Source: a virus (Duplodnaviria > Heunggongvirae > Uroviricota > Caudoviricetes). Taken from it: a stretch of DNA of 64,000 nucleotides. Where the stretch lies: IMG/VR virus record IMGVR_UViG_3300043411_002784; one strand, written 5' to 3'. The notes below the pieces were generated by a model. That model ran no database searches and was not told the origin of the DNA. It saw only the letters and a list, made by a program, of their open reading frames with translations. A program made the position numbers and the translations under genes. Each line of letters opens with the position of its first letter. The first letter of the stretch is position 1. This document shows, piece by piece, positions 35,600 through 45,682 of the stretch.

Positions 35600-37072
35600 A
35601 TGGAACAAAAGCGAACGCGACGCCAGCCGCCCGTGGAGCCGCCGGCAAAGCCGACGGCTAAGACGGCGATCAAACCGACGCCGGCGAAGCCCAGCGTGGC
35701 CAGCAGCGTGAAGAAGGCCGTGCAGTCAGCCGGCAAGAAACCCGCCGCTGGCAAGAAGAAGGCCGAGAAGGTCCCGGCGGAGCGCAAGATCAAAGCGCCG
35801 CCCAAGGCCGTCGCCGCCCAGTGGGGGCTCAACGGAACCACGGCGGCGGACCGCATCGCCGGGCTGCGGGCGCAGACCAGCCGGCTCGCGACGCTGATGG
35901 CCGCCGAGGCCCGCACGCGTTACAACGATCCGTCGATCTGCGTCGCCAACGAGTCGTTGCGGCTCATCGTGACGTTGCCGGTGCCCGCGCTCTCGTTGGA
36001 GTATCTGCTAGGCAACAACGGGCTGCCCTTGGGGAACCTGATCCAACTGGTCGGCCTGCCGGGCTCCTGCAAGAGCGGCATGGTCTGCGAGATGGGCAAC
36101 TGGTTCATGAACCACGGCGGGGCGGTGCACCTGCACGAGCACGAGTCGAAATACTCGCCGGTCTGGATCAACTCGATCATCGGCTACGATGAAAATCCGT
36201 TTCTGATCATACCGGCCAATTCGGTCGACGAGTGGCAGCGGCACGTCAACGACGGCGTCAAGGACGTCCAGAAGCTGATGCTCGGGACGGCCGCCGAGCC
36301 GGGTCCGGGCGTCGTCTTCCCCTATCTGATGGCCGTCGACTCGATCCTGGGCAAGCCCCTGGAGTCGACGCAGAAGAAGCTCGACGAAGACGGCGCGACG
36401 GGCCGGCGGTTCGCCACCGAGGCGGCGTCCATGAAGGACTACCTCTCGACGCTGCCGAGCAAGATCATCGAGTGGCCGTTCACCTTCGTCATGGTCAACC
36501 ACTTGAAGCTGGCCCAGGAAGAGGGCCAGAACCAGCCGGTCCGCAAGAAGCAAGGCGGCTCCTCCAAGGAATTCTTGGAGACGATGGAGCTGCAGATGAC
36601 CAAGCGCAAGGATCTGCTGACGACCCAGTACGAAGGGGCCGAGCTCGAAATCCAGATCTTCAAGAACAGCCTGGCGCGAGGCAACAAGCGGAAGATTCAC
36701 GTCGCGGTGCACTGGTGGGACGATCCCGAATCGTCGCGGCAGTACACCCGTTTTCTGTGGGACAGCAGCACCGTGACGCTGTTGCTCGCGCCGCCTGACC
36801 ATTACAAGTCGCGGCTGAAGGAGGTGATCGACATTACGAAGGTCGCCTCGGACACGCGGGTCTGGTCGAAACGTCTCGGCATCCCGAAGGAGTCGAGCGT
36901 AGACTACGAAGAGGCGGGGAAGATCATCCACGCAGACCAGCAACTGATGGCTGATCTGCGGAAGGTGTTCGGGATCTCCGTGAACAAGGTGTACCAGCCC
37001 GGCGTCGACTATCGCCACCAACGGAATCTGGTGGCGGCCGCGGTAGGGGAGCAGATCAGAAAGGATCTCTGA
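35600..37072 (+). CDS. RecA-like recombinase with a Lys/Ala/Pro-rich N-terminal extension
   Basis: LVGLPGSCKSGMVCEM Walker A; FTFVMVNHLK strand; roughly 80-aa KPTAKTAIKPTPAKP N-terminal tail. Confidence 0.6.
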   Translation: MEQKRTRRQPPVEPPAKPTAKTAIKPTPAKPSVASSVKKAVQSAGKKPAAGKKKAEKVPAERKIKAPPKAVAAQWGLNGTTAADRIAGLRAQTSRLATLMAAEARTRYNDPSICVANESLRLIVTLPVPALSLEYLLGNNGLPLGNLIQLVGLPGSCKSGMVCEMGNWFMNHGGAVHLHEHESKYSPVWINSIIGYDENPFLIIPANSVDEWQRHVNDGVKDVQKLMLGTAAEPGPGVVFPYLMAVDSILGKPLESTQKKLDEDGATGRRFATEAASMKDYLSTLPSKIIEWPFTFVMVNHLKLAQEEGQNQPVRKKQGGSSKEFLETMELQMTKRKDLLTTQYEGAELEIQIFKNSLARGNKRKIHVAVHWWDDPESSRQYTRFLWDSSTVTLLLAPPDHYKSRLKEVIDITKVASDTRVWSKRLGIPKESSVDYEEAGKIIHADQQLMADLRKVFGISVNKVYQPGVDYRHQRNLVAAAVGEQIRKDL

Positions 37073-37644
37073 TGGCGTTGCCTCCACAGTTCGGGACGTT
37101 GTTCGACGATACGTCTCCGGAAGAGCGAGCGGCTCAAGAAGAGGCGAGGTTCGAAGACGACGTCGTGCATTACGTGCTCACGAAGCACAATCAGCACGAG
37201 CTCCGTCGGCAGCTGTTGGCGGAGTCTCGCGAGGCGTACGGCCGCCCCCAGCTCACGTTGGCGGCGATGCGCGACTACTTGCCGTTCCCGCTGCACCTGC
37301 AGGCGGAGAAGATTCCGGGCGTCGCCGAGGACCTGACGCTCTACCGGCTCTACGAGAACTTCACCAAGCGGAAGTTCTGGAAGCGTTGGCAGCATTTGCT
37401 GGAGGATCGTCCGGACGGGGCGGAGGCGACGGGGCTGGTGTTTCACTTCCCCTACCTCAAGTCGACGCGGCTGCGAGAGGGTCGGGGCGGTGCGCTAGTG
37501 CTGCACGACTACCAGGGATATGATGTCGACGCCCCGGGGGTGCGCATGACGTACCGACCGCCTGAGGGCGTCTCGTTGCACCTGGAAACCCTCTCGCGGC
37601 TGCTGGCGGTCGTCGTCCTCAACGGCTGGCAGCCGGAAGCCTGA
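37072..37644 (+). CDS. hypothetical protein
   Basis: 190-aa ORF, ATGA coupling. Confidence 0.45.
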   Translation: MALPPQFGTLFDDTSPEERAAQEEARFEDDVVHYVLTKHNQHELRRQLLAESREAYGRPQLTLAAMRDYLPFPLHLQAEKIPGVAEDLTLYRLYENFTKRKFWKRWQHLLEDRPDGAEATGLVFHFPYLKSTRLREGRGGALVLHDYQGYDVDAPGVRMTYRPPEGVSLHLETLSRLLAVVVLNGWQPEA

Positions 37645-37652
37645 GTCGCATC

Positions 37653-38777
37653 GTGAGCTTCGTCGCCCCTCAGTCGCTGCGCGTTCCGTTGGCCGTGTCG
37701 CCGCCCTGTCGTCGCTTCCGCCAGCGCGGCCCGCACAACTTTGCGGAGCTCGGGCGGATGCTACTCGATCAAGACGCGACGCGACCGCAACGGATCAGTT
37801 CGCTGCGGGACGTGCTGCTGTCGTCGGAAGGGCTCGTGCAGAACCGCTACCGGTTCACGACGACCGGCCTGCGGAGCTTCTGCCAGGTTCTCTCGCCAGG
37901 GCTGGCGACGCTGGCCGGCGACATCTCCGGGATGCGGCTGCGCGCGGGCTACGAGGGAGCGGCGTGCAGCCTGCCGGCCGCCGCGAAGCTCATCAACGAC
38001 GTGATCCGCCTGCGGTTCAACGAGCAGCTACTGGGGTGCCACTTGGTGGTCGACCCGCGCAGCAACACGGTCGAGGGGCTCGTCGGCCCGCGGTACGAGT
38101 TCTTCTCGAACCTGCGGCTGATGGAACTGGCGTCGGAGTTCCTCCGCAGCCTGGGGCGTCCGATCCAGTTCTCCGCCGCGTCGCTGAGCGGCCGTCGGCT
38201 GCTGCTTCGGTACTACGAGCCGCGGACGGTCTTCCAGATGCCCTCGGGGCGACGCTTTTGCCGCGGCTGGAGCTTTTCCAATTCGGAGACAGGCGAGGCG
38301 GCCATTCGGCTGTCGGGCCTGGTCTGCTGCGCGGGCGGCACCTCGTCGGCCTGGGACATCGGCCGCTGCGTGCACATCCAGGTCAGTCAGCGGAAGCTGA
38401 CGCGCCTGCAGAGTCGTTTGCGGGAGGCGGCGGAGGAGGGCTTTCAGGGCCCGACGCGGACGTCGCTCACGGCGATGCAGAACACGCCGCTCGGGCTCGG
38501 AGCTTCCCAGACTCGCCCGCAACGAGTAAAAACCATCGTGGGCAAGTTGTCTCGGACGCTGGGAAATCGCACGGGCCAGCAGGTCATTCAACGCTTGTTG
38601 GGGCCTGTGGACGCCACGGTGATTGAGACGCCGGAGACGCAGGCGCGTCTGACGGCGTTATGCGTCTACGACTTGTATTACGCCGTGACCAGCGTCGCCG
38701 CGACGCTGTCGCCCGGCGAGCAGGAACGGGCCGAAGGATTGGCGCACCGCATTTTTACTGGCCATCTACGTTTTTGA
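37653..38777 (+). CDS. hypothetical protein
   Basis: 374-aa ORF, GTG start. Confidence 0.4.
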   Translation: MSFVAPQSLRVPLAVSPPCRRFRQRGPHNFAELGRMLLDQDATRPQRISSLRDVLLSSEGLVQNRYRFTTTGLRSFCQVLSPGLATLAGDISGMRLRAGYEGAACSLPAAAKLINDVIRLRFNEQLLGCHLVVDPRSNTVEGLVGPRYEFFSNLRLMELASEFLRSLGRPIQFSAASLSGRRLLLRYYEPRTVFQMPSGRRFCRGWSFSNSETGEAAIRLSGLVCCAGGTSSAWDIGRCVHIQVSQRKLTRLQSRLREAAEEGFQGPTRTSLTAMQNTPLGLGASQTRPQRVKTIVGKLSRTLGNRTGQQVIQRLLGPVDATVIETPETQARLTALCVYDLYYAVTSVAATLSPGEQERAEGLAHRIFTGHLRF

Positions 38778-38789
38778 AGGAGACCGTCC

Positions 38790-39716
38790 ATGTCCGCCAT
38801 TGCTGCGGGGCTCAATCTTGAGCAAAAGGAAGTGTATCAAATGATGTCGGCCGCTTGGCGTTCCCAAGCCGACGCCGCGATCAAACTGCAGGCCGCGTTG
38901 ATCAACGACGTGATCTGGAAGAAGTTCAAGCTCGGCCAGATCGTTCGCGACATGAAGCAAAACGAAGCTCGTTACGGCGAAAGCGCCGTCGAGCAGCTGG
39001 CCGTCGTCCTCGGGTCGCCCGCGACCGAGCTGTGGGAAGCCCAGCGCCTGGCCACGTGCTACACCGAAGAGACGTTGCAGAAGCTCATTGATCGCGCGGC
39101 CAAGACGGGCCGTCGCATCCAGTGGAGCCATCTGCGTCAGCTGGCCGACATGTCCGAGTCCGCCGGAGCCGGCGCGGCGAAGACGCGTCGCGAGCTGGAG
39201 ACGCAGATCATCAACGAAGGGCTGACGGCGCGCGAGCTGACTCAGATCATCCAGCAGCGCCTCGGCGCCCGCAGCCTCGGGTCGGGCCGCACGCCGGCTC
39301 CGCCGCGTACGCCGGCCGCCGGTCTGCAGCAGATCCGCGAGTTCTCCAACGGCTTCGTGCGTCGTTGGGAAGGCTACGCGGAGCACGTCTTCAAGGCCCT
39401 CGACACGGCCGGCGAGGATCAGCTCAGCGAGCAGACGATGCAGCACTTGGAGGAATCCAAGGAAGCTCAGCTGAAGCTCCAGGAGACGCTCACGCAGTCG
39501 CTGAACCGCACCAATGCGGCGATCAGCCGCGTCGACCGCGTGCTCCACGGGACGTCCGGTCCGAAGGCCGTCGAGACCAAGGCTGCCGCGACGGAGAAGC
39601 CGCCGGCCGCCGCCAAGAAGACGACGGCCAAAACGACGGCCAAGACGTCGGCGGCCGAAGCGAGCAATCGCATCACGCAGGCCCGCACGCGTCGTCCCAC
39701 GGGAGCGCTGGCGTAG
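38790..39716 (+). CDS. hypothetical protein (helical, Ala/Thr/Lys-rich C-terminus)
   Basis: AAGGAG ribosome-binding site; 308-aa ORF. Confidence 0.5.
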   Translation: MSAIAAGLNLEQKEVYQMMSAAWRSQADAAIKLQAALINDVIWKKFKLGQIVRDMKQNEARYGESAVEQLAVVLGSPATELWEAQRLATCYTEETLQKLIDRAAKTGRRIQWSHLRQLADMSESAGAGAAKTRRELETQIINEGLTARELTQIIQQRLGARSLGSGRTPAPPRTPAAGLQQIREFSNGFVRRWEGYAEHVFKALDTAGEDQLSEQTMQHLEESKEAQLKLQETLTQSLNRTNAAISRVDRVLHGTSGPKAVETKAAATEKPPAAAKKTTAKTTAKTSAAEASNRITQARTRRPTGALA

Positions 39717-39718
39717 CC

Positions 39719-40528
39719 GTGGCTGCTCGGTCGATCTCGCTGTGCGCGTTGTTCTACGGCGATCACCCCCAGTTGGCTCATCGTTGTTTGAGCAGCATCT
39801 GGGAGCGATTGGGCGAAGGACACGCGCACTTGCGAGACGTCCGGCTGGCTCTCAACGAGATCAGCTCGTCGACGCGGGAGATCGTCTCCTGGTTCCGCGA
39901 CAACGTGCGGGTCCACTATCGCCTGCCGGTGATCACCTACGACATGCCGGTGAACGCCTGCAAGTACCCCGTGATGCGGCGGATGGTGCTCGACGATCCC
40001 GACCCGCCCGCCAAGTGGGTGATGTGGTTCGACGACGACAGCTACCTCAACGGCGGACCGGGCTGGTGGGATCGCCTGCAGGCGAAGGCGGCGAACGCCG
40101 ACATGCTCGGGCAGGTCTGGTTCCAGGCGATGCGCGGCAAGCAGTGGGAGTGGATCGCCAGGCAGCGCTGGTTCAATCCGGCGGTCGGTAAGCCGCCTAA
40201 GCGTCGCTTCGCCTTTTGCACGGGCGGCTGGTGGATGCTGAAGTCCGCCCACATGAAACAGAACGACTGGCCCTCGGTCGAGCTGCGACACCGGGGCGGC
40301 GATTCGCTCCTCGGCGAACTGTGTCGCCATCGGCAGTACCGCATCGTCTCGTTCGACGACGGCCTGCGCATCAACGCGGACGATCGCGGCCGGCACTCGA
40401 AGTCCCCCCGTCGCGGGGTCGACGAGAAGGTGCTGGGCCTTAGCGACGTCGCCACCGATTTGAGTCATCAGCGGTTCGCCATGACGCGCGTTCGTTACGA
40501 CGACGTGCAGCAGTTGGAGTTCTCATGA
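39719..40528 (+). CDS. hypothetical protein, possible GT-A fold glycosyltransferase
   Basis: SISLCALFYGDHPQLA N-terminus and WFDDDSY (DxD-like) motif; weak. Confidence 0.3.
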   Translation: MAARSISLCALFYGDHPQLAHRCLSSIWERLGEGHAHLRDVRLALNEISSSTREIVSWFRDNVRVHYRLPVITYDMPVNACKYPVMRRMVLDDPDPPAKWVMWFDDDSYLNGGPGWWDRLQAKAANADMLGQVWFQAMRGKQWEWIARQRWFNPAVGKPPKRRFAFCTGGWWMLKSAHMKQNDWPSVELRHRGGDSLLGELCRHRQYRIVSFDDGLRINADDRGRHSKSPRRGVDEKVLGLSDVATDLSHQRFAMTRVRYDDVQQLEFS

Positions 40529-40917
40529 AAATTCACGTGTACCAGGTCGACGTCACGCAGCAGCTTGCTGAAAAGCAGCCGGTGACGTCGGCCGTCTGGC
40601 GTTCCGGCGACAAGGCGACGCCGGGGTCCTGGCGAATCTTGCAGCAGCCCGTCGGCAGTCGTCTCACCGAAGACTCCTGGACGACGGACGCCGACGGCGC
40701 GCAGATCCGCGTGCCGATGTTCACCTATCGTCTCAACAGCCCTGAGCTAGGCACGCTGACGACGTTTGGCTTACAGTTAGCCGCGGCCGTCATGGGCACC
40801 TTGCTGCCCGCGGGCAAGTTGGAAGAGCTGTTGATGCTGCACAGCACCGTGTATCAGCGAGACGACGCGGTCCCCGGCTACCAGCTGTGGGTGGGCGTCG
40901 CCGCCAAACTCTCATAG
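40525..40917 (+). CDS. hypothetical protein
   Basis: 130-aa ORF, ATGA coupling. Confidence 0.45.
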   Translation: MKIHVYQVDVTQQLAEKQPVTSAVWRSGDKATPGSWRILQQPVGSRLTEDSWTTDADGAQIRVPMFTYRLNSPELGTLTTFGLQLAAAVMGTLLPAGKLEELLMLHSTVYQRDDAVPGYQLWVGVAAKLS

Positions 40918-40926
40918 GACGCGATC

Positions 40927-41544
40927 ATGTCGTTAGAAAACCTGTTCTCGGGCGGCGGCTTCGTCGCTGCGTCTGATCCCGTCGAGGCCGAAGAGACCTG
41001 TCCCAGCGTCACCGCGGCAGCGACGTACGGGAACGACGTCGAAATCGAGGGCGACGCTGACTTCGAGTCGGACCTAGCCGTGCTTTCGGCAGCGACGGCG
41101 ACGTACGACATTCCGTCTTGCACCGTCGCCCCTCGCGAGTTCGCAGGCGACTACGTCGCCGAGTCGCAGGCCGAGCCGCCGGATCCGCAGGACCCGTGGA
41201 CGATCTTTGATCGCATCGGCAAGCGGCAGTCGCGGCTCAAGGAGCTCGCCAAGCTCGTCCAAGTCGCCGAGCGGGCCTTGGACGACTACGAGCGGGCTCC
41301 CGTCTTTTCGTTCGTCGCCCATGACGAGACGGCCGCCGGCGGCTTCACTCGCGTCGAATTCGACGTGGCGGCCCTGTGCGGCAGCTACGGCGAGCAATAC
41401 GCGCAGCACGTCGCTGAGCAGATCTTCGGTCCCGTCAAATACTTCGCCCAGCGGCAGCTATCGTTTTTGCTGACGCAAACGCAAGGCGAGCTCCAGGAGG
41501 CTATCGATCAGTTGGCGGCCGAACCGTCCGCTGTCACCCCATGA
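40927..41544 (+). CDS. hypothetical acidic protein
   Basis: 205-aa ORF. Confidence 0.45.
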   Translation: MSLENLFSGGGFVAASDPVEAEETCPSVTAAATYGNDVEIEGDADFESDLAVLSAATATYDIPSCTVAPREFAGDYVAESQAEPPDPQDPWTIFDRIGKRQSRLKELAKLVQVAERALDDYERAPVFSFVAHDETAAGGFTRVEFDVAALCGSYGEQYAQHVAEQIFGPVKYFAQRQLSFLLTQTQGELQEAIDQLAAEPSAVTP

Positions 41545-42104
41545 CCAAAAGCAACGAATCGCCGCTGCCCTACGCCAACGACGGTTGGCAGGCCCGGCTG
41601 CACGAATCGACGGCGCACAAGACGTTTCGCGTGCATCTGACCCTGCGGTGGCAAGGCCGCACGCTGGTCGAGCAAGACGTGGCCGTCAACCTGCCTAGTT
41701 ATGGCGAAGCCACCCGCAGCTTGTTACTGTGGGAGGCGATCGCCGAGTATCTCAACAGCGGCGGCGATCCTTATACGCTGCCAAGCATGTTTTCGGCCGC
41801 TTCCCGGCTCTCGTCGTTCACTCTGCCCGACTACGAGCTGCTGGTCACGGAGGTCCGCGACGGCTATCGCATCCACACGTTCAGTCGTCGCGACGATCCT
41901 TCGCGGATCCTCAGTTGGCAGGAGGGCGTGATCTGCGAGGAGCTGACGGCGACGCAACTGGGCGAGTACCTGACGGCCTTGGACGAACTAGATGATCGCG
42001 AGGACCTACTCGATTCAGAAAGTGCTGGCCCTCCGGGCGAAGATCTGCGAGAACTATCGCGTGAGATCGAGCCTGGGGCAGGTGATGCAGACGGAGGACC
42101 TTAA
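41541..42104 (+). CDS. hypothetical protein
   Basis: 187-aa ORF, ATGA coupling. Confidence 0.45.
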   Translation: MTKSNESPLPYANDGWQARLHESTAHKTFRVHLTLRWQGRTLVEQDVAVNLPSYGEATRSLLLWEAIAEYLNSGGDPYTLPSMFSAASRLSSFTLPDYELLVTEVRDGYRIHTFSRRDDPSRILSWQEGVICEELTATQLGEYLTALDELDDREDLLDSESAGPPGEDLRELSREIEPGAGDADGGP

Positions 42105-42885
42105 CGAGTTCTTCCAGGGCGTGCGTCGCACGCTGCCTAAAGAGGTCGACGCGGGAGCCGTGTTCCAGTCGATCCGTTATCTCGTCGGTCAGCGCATGAC
42201 CGAAGCGCTGCTCACGGAGGTCGCCTGGCGTCTGGCCGGCAACGTGACCAGGCTGCGTCGCGGCATCGCCGTGCCCCCTTGGAATCGCCAGGCGGACGAA
42301 GAGTTCGTTCCCGTGCAGATCTCGGGCGTGCAGAAGCTGCGACGCTTCAACAAGCTCTACGTCGAATGGTCGGCCCGCGTCCTGGCCGGCACCTCCGTCG
42401 GACTGACCGTCTCCAAGACGTGGACCGACAAGTTCACCCGCGCGGTCGCCCAGCGCCTGGGCTTCTCGAAGCCTTGGCTCGCCGGCGCGTTCGAGAGCCC
42501 TTACGAGCTCTACGGCATGCGGTTCTACGTGCTCATCGAGCCGCGACTTTGCACGAGCACTCCCGGCTTCGAAACGCTCTGGTACGATAGCGACGAGCAA
42601 AAGATCCGGCCGCACTCGTTTTACGAGTACAACCGGATGTTGATTCGGATGCGACAGCGGCCTGACGACCTGTTCTCGTGTCCCCAGAACCTACCGCACA
42701 GCCTGCCGTGCCATCTCTGCATCTTCGGGGCGGAGCATTGCCCGGCGGCGACGCACGGTCGCACGTACGAGCAGCGTCGCTGCGACGCCTGCAACCGCGA
42801 CGAGGCCTATTTCGATCCGATGGTTCCCGGGCGCGTCGTCTGCGTCGAGTGCCATCAACGCAACCTATTACGGAGGGAAGAATAA
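42085..42885 (+). CDS. hypothetical protein with a C-terminal Cys-rich zinc-binding region
   Basis: CPQNLPHSLPCHLC...CDACNRDE...CVECH cluster. Confidence 0.4.
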   Translation: MQTEDLNEFFQGVRRTLPKEVDAGAVFQSIRYLVGQRMTEALLTEVAWRLAGNVTRLRRGIAVPPWNRQADEEFVPVQISGVQKLRRFNKLYVEWSARVLAGTSVGLTVSKTWTDKFTRAVAQRLGFSKPWLAGAFESPYELYGMRFYVLIEPRLCTSTPGFETLWYDSDEQKIRPHSFYEYNRMLIRMRQRPDDLFSCPQNLPHSLPCHLCIFGAEHCPAATHGRTYEQRRCDACNRDEAYFDPMVPGRVVCVECHQRNLLRREE

Positions 42886-43812
42886 ATGGGTTTTGAAGCC
42901 AAGATCGTGCTCGACTCGGTGAGCGAGGCGGGCGTGCGGCTGACGTCGATGGAGCTGACCTATCCGCGCTTCATTCACGCCGAGTTCATGACGCATCGCG
43001 ACCGGGCTCGCAATGCGGCCAGTTCGCGGGCCATCCCCTGGCCCAGGATGATGCGGAACGTCATGAACGAGCCCGTCATGCCGTTGAAGTTCGGCACGGA
43101 GCAGAGCGGCATGCAAAGCGGCGACTCGCTGCACATCGCGTTGCAGGAGCACGCCGAGAGGCTCTGGATCGAGGCTCGCGACCATGCCGTGCGCTTCGCC
43201 GATGAGCTGCACAACGTCGGGAGGAGCTACGTCGAGTACGCCGAGAGTCACGGGCTGCCGCTGACGCCCGAGCAGATCGAGCAGTTCAAAGCGGTGAAGG
43301 TCCACAAGTCGCTCCCCAACCGGATCACGGAGCCTTGGATGTGGATCACCGTCCTGACGACGGCGACCAGCTGGAACAACCTGTTCCGCCTGCGTTGTCA
43401 TCCGGACGCGGAGATTCATTTCCAGAAGATCGCCGGCATGGCTCGCGAGGCCCTGGTGAAGTCGATCCCGCAGACGGTGAGCGACGGCGGCTGGCACCTG
43501 CCGTACGTCAAGCCGGAGGAAGCGGTCGAGTGGGGGCTGGAAGACCTGCAGCAGGCCTCCGTGGCTCGCTGCGCCCGTCTCTCCTATCTCACCCATGACG
43601 GCGAGCACGACGTCACCAAGGACAAGGCCCTGTTCGAGCGGCTCTGCGCCGGCTCGGGCTTCGGTCACTGGAGCCCGCACGAGCACGTGGCGACGCCGGC
43701 GGTCAGCGCCGACATGCGCAGCGGACCGTATCGTGGCTGGCTGCAGTTCCGCAAAGAGTTTTCCAACGAGTGCGCTGACGAGACGGTCCCCGTCGTCGCC
43801 GGCGTCGACTGA
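42886..43812 (+). CDS. thyX: flavin-dependent thymidylate synthase ThyX
   Basis: ThyX signature THRDRARNAASSRAI (RHRxxxxxxxS); ARLSYLTHDG region. Confidence 0.7.
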   Translation: MGFEAKIVLDSVSEAGVRLTSMELTYPRFIHAEFMTHRDRARNAASSRAIPWPRMMRNVMNEPVMPLKFGTEQSGMQSGDSLHIALQEHAERLWIEARDHAVRFADELHNVGRSYVEYAESHGLPLTPEQIEQFKAVKVHKSLPNRITEPWMWITVLTTATSWNNLFRLRCHPDAEIHFQKIAGMAREALVKSIPQTVSDGGWHLPYVKPEEAVEWGLEDLQQASVARCARLSYLTHDGEHDVTKDKALFERLCAGSGFGHWSPHEHVATPAVSADMRSGPYRGWLQFRKEFSNECADETVPVVAGVD

Positions 43813-43825
43813 AAGGAGGGCCGCC

Positions 43826-44101
43826 GTGAGGCTGGCCGAACTGACGAACGAAGAGCTGGACGCGGTCGCCCCGCTATTGGGGCCGGCCGTGGTCCAGCTG
43901 GTCCACGATTACCGCTCGTTGCACCGCGCGGCGAGCGTGTTCCACGCCAACGTCATTGACGCTACGGGCGAGTCGACCGTGCTGAACTGGCAGCTGCTCA
44001 TGTCGCAGCGCTATCGGTTGTTCAGCGAGCAGACCTATCATTTGCCGACGCCGCTGGGGAGCAACCCGATCGGACAATTCTCCAAACCCGGCAAACGCTA
44101 A
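43826..44101 (+). CDS. hypothetical small protein
   Basis: AAAGGAGG ribosome-binding site then GTG. Confidence 0.4.
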   Translation: MRLAELTNEELDAVAPLLGPAVVQLVHDYRSLHRAASVFHANVIDATGESTVLNWQLLMSQRYRLFSEQTYHLPTPLGSNPIGQFSKPGKR

Positions 44102-44111
44102 GGAGGCCCCT

Positions 44112-44306
44112 TTGAGCGACCAGGCTCAGCCTAGACCCCTGCGGGTCGTCACCGAGTTCTCCGCCCTTTTGGGCGTGAAGAACGACACGGACGAGAATCA
44201 CGACTGTACGGATTTTCCCAAACGACCTTGTCGTAACTGCGGGGCCACGGACCGCCCCCAGTATGACGGCGTCTGCAACGACGGACATTGCGATCACTAT
44301 GAGTAA
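44112..44306 (+). CDS. small Cys/His-rich (zinc-binding) protein
   Basis: AAGGAGG ribosome-binding site then TTG; CTDF...CRNCG...CNDGHCDH. Confidence 0.4.
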   Translation: MSDQAQPRPLRVVTEFSALLGVKNDTDENHDCTDFPKRPCRNCGATDRPQYDGVCNDGHCDHYE

Positions 44307-44733
44307 CCTGCCGAATCGAGTCCCGGACGACCGGCCGCTGCAACTGACGGCGAAGGCGCTGGTCTGGCGTGACGGCGAAGAAGGCTGCGAGTATCCGATG
44401 CTGTTGCGCGCGTTGGTGGCTCCGGGTCTGACCATGACCCACGAGCTGCTGTTCGCGGCGATTGCGTCCGGATCGCGACTAGCCCTGACCCATTCTGAAC
44501 TTGTGCGGGAATTCTGGCGGGACAGCGGCGAGAGCTTGTCGCTGCTGGACCTGGCCGACAATCCCGAGATCTTGGCCATGGTGGTGCATTACGCGCCCGG
44601 CCTGTCCGACCTTTCCTTTGAATACTTGGAGCCGGCGGACATCGACGTCGACGAGAACCTCGCCGCCGGCCTCATTGAGTCGGCGCTGGGCGAGATCATT
44701 GAAGATCCAGGAGATTCCGATGGGGACCAATAA
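44299..44733 (+). CDS. hypothetical acidic protein
   Basis: ATG overlapping the upstream stop. Confidence 0.4.
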   Translation: MSNLPNRVPDDRPLQLTAKALVWRDGEEGCEYPMLLRALVAPGLTMTHELLFAAIASGSRLALTHSELVREFWRDSGESLSLLDLADNPEILAMVVHYAPGLSDLSFEYLEPADIDVDENLAAGLIESALGEIIEDPGDSDGDQ

Positions 44734-45682
44734 AGACGACGAGGTCGTGCTCTGCGTGCATCGCGACCGACTGATCGAACTGTTCGGCGAATTCAGCGGC
44801 TACATGCCGCTGGAGAACGCCGACCGGCTGTATCACGGGCTGCTGCAGGCTGATCGCGTCTGCTGGCTGCGCCGCGGGGACTGCGAAACCGATCCCAACT
44901 ACAAGCAGATCATTCCGTACGTCGTGGTCGTGCACCGCGGCTTCGGCGACGAGATGGTTTATCGCTACACCCGCGCCAAGCCGGCGCAGGGCGGTGAAGA
45001 GCGGTTGTTCGGACAGCACAGCATTGGGCTAGGCGGTCACGTCAATCCGCTGGTCGGCGACGCCGAGAACGGCCACGACGCGGGGTTTTGCTTCGACGAG
45101 TCGATCGCGCGAGAATTGCACGAGGAGGTCCGCATGGACACCTCGATCGCCTGGCGTCCGATCGGCTTGGTCAACCACGACGAGACGCTGCTCGGCGAAG
45201 TGCACGTCGGCGTGGTCGTGCTGGCGGAAGTCGCCGCGCCGGCCGTCTACCCCGCCGAGGACGCGATCTACGGCGGCTACTTCGCGCCGCTGCGGCATTT
45301 GAAGCGGGACCGTCTCATCGCGCAGGACGACCCTGACTCCGCGGCGGCGACGGGCGCGGCCAATTTCGAGCGGTGGTCCGAGATCCTGCTCGATTCGGAG
45401 ATGTTCGGGCCCGCGGAGACCTGGCGTTACGACGTCATCGTGGAGGTTCGCGGCGGCGTCGTGCAGGCCGCTTACGCTCGCGACGGGACGCTCGACGTCG
45501 AAGTGCTCGACTGGGACGACTACGAGGCGCTGCCCGACGCTGACGACGTCGCCGTGCTTCGCAAGATGGTCCTCGCGGATCGCACGCCGGAAGACAACGA
45601 GCTCATTCACATGGGCGAACGTCGGCAGGAAATTGAACAACTCGACGACATCGCCAGGGAGTTCTTCACCACCATTTACTAA
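44720..45682 (+). CDS. Nudix hydrolase
   Basis: Nudix box GHVNPLVGDAENGHDAGFCFDESIARELHEEV; AGGAG ribosome-binding site. Confidence 0.65.
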   Translation: MGTNKDDEVVLCVHRDRLIELFGEFSGYMPLENADRLYHGLLQADRVCWLRRGDCETDPNYKQIIPYVVVVHRGFGDEMVYRYTRAKPAQGGEERLFGQHSIGLGGHVNPLVGDAENGHDAGFCFDESIARELHEEVRMDTSIAWRPIGLVNHDETLLGEVHVGVVVLAEVAAPAVYPAEDAIYGGYFAPLRHLKRDRLIAQDDPDSAAATGAANFERWSEILLDSEMFGPAETWRYDVIVEVRGGVVQAAYARDGTLDVEVLDWDDYEALPDADDVAVLRKMVLADRTPEDNELIHMGERRQEIEQLDDIAREFFTTIY

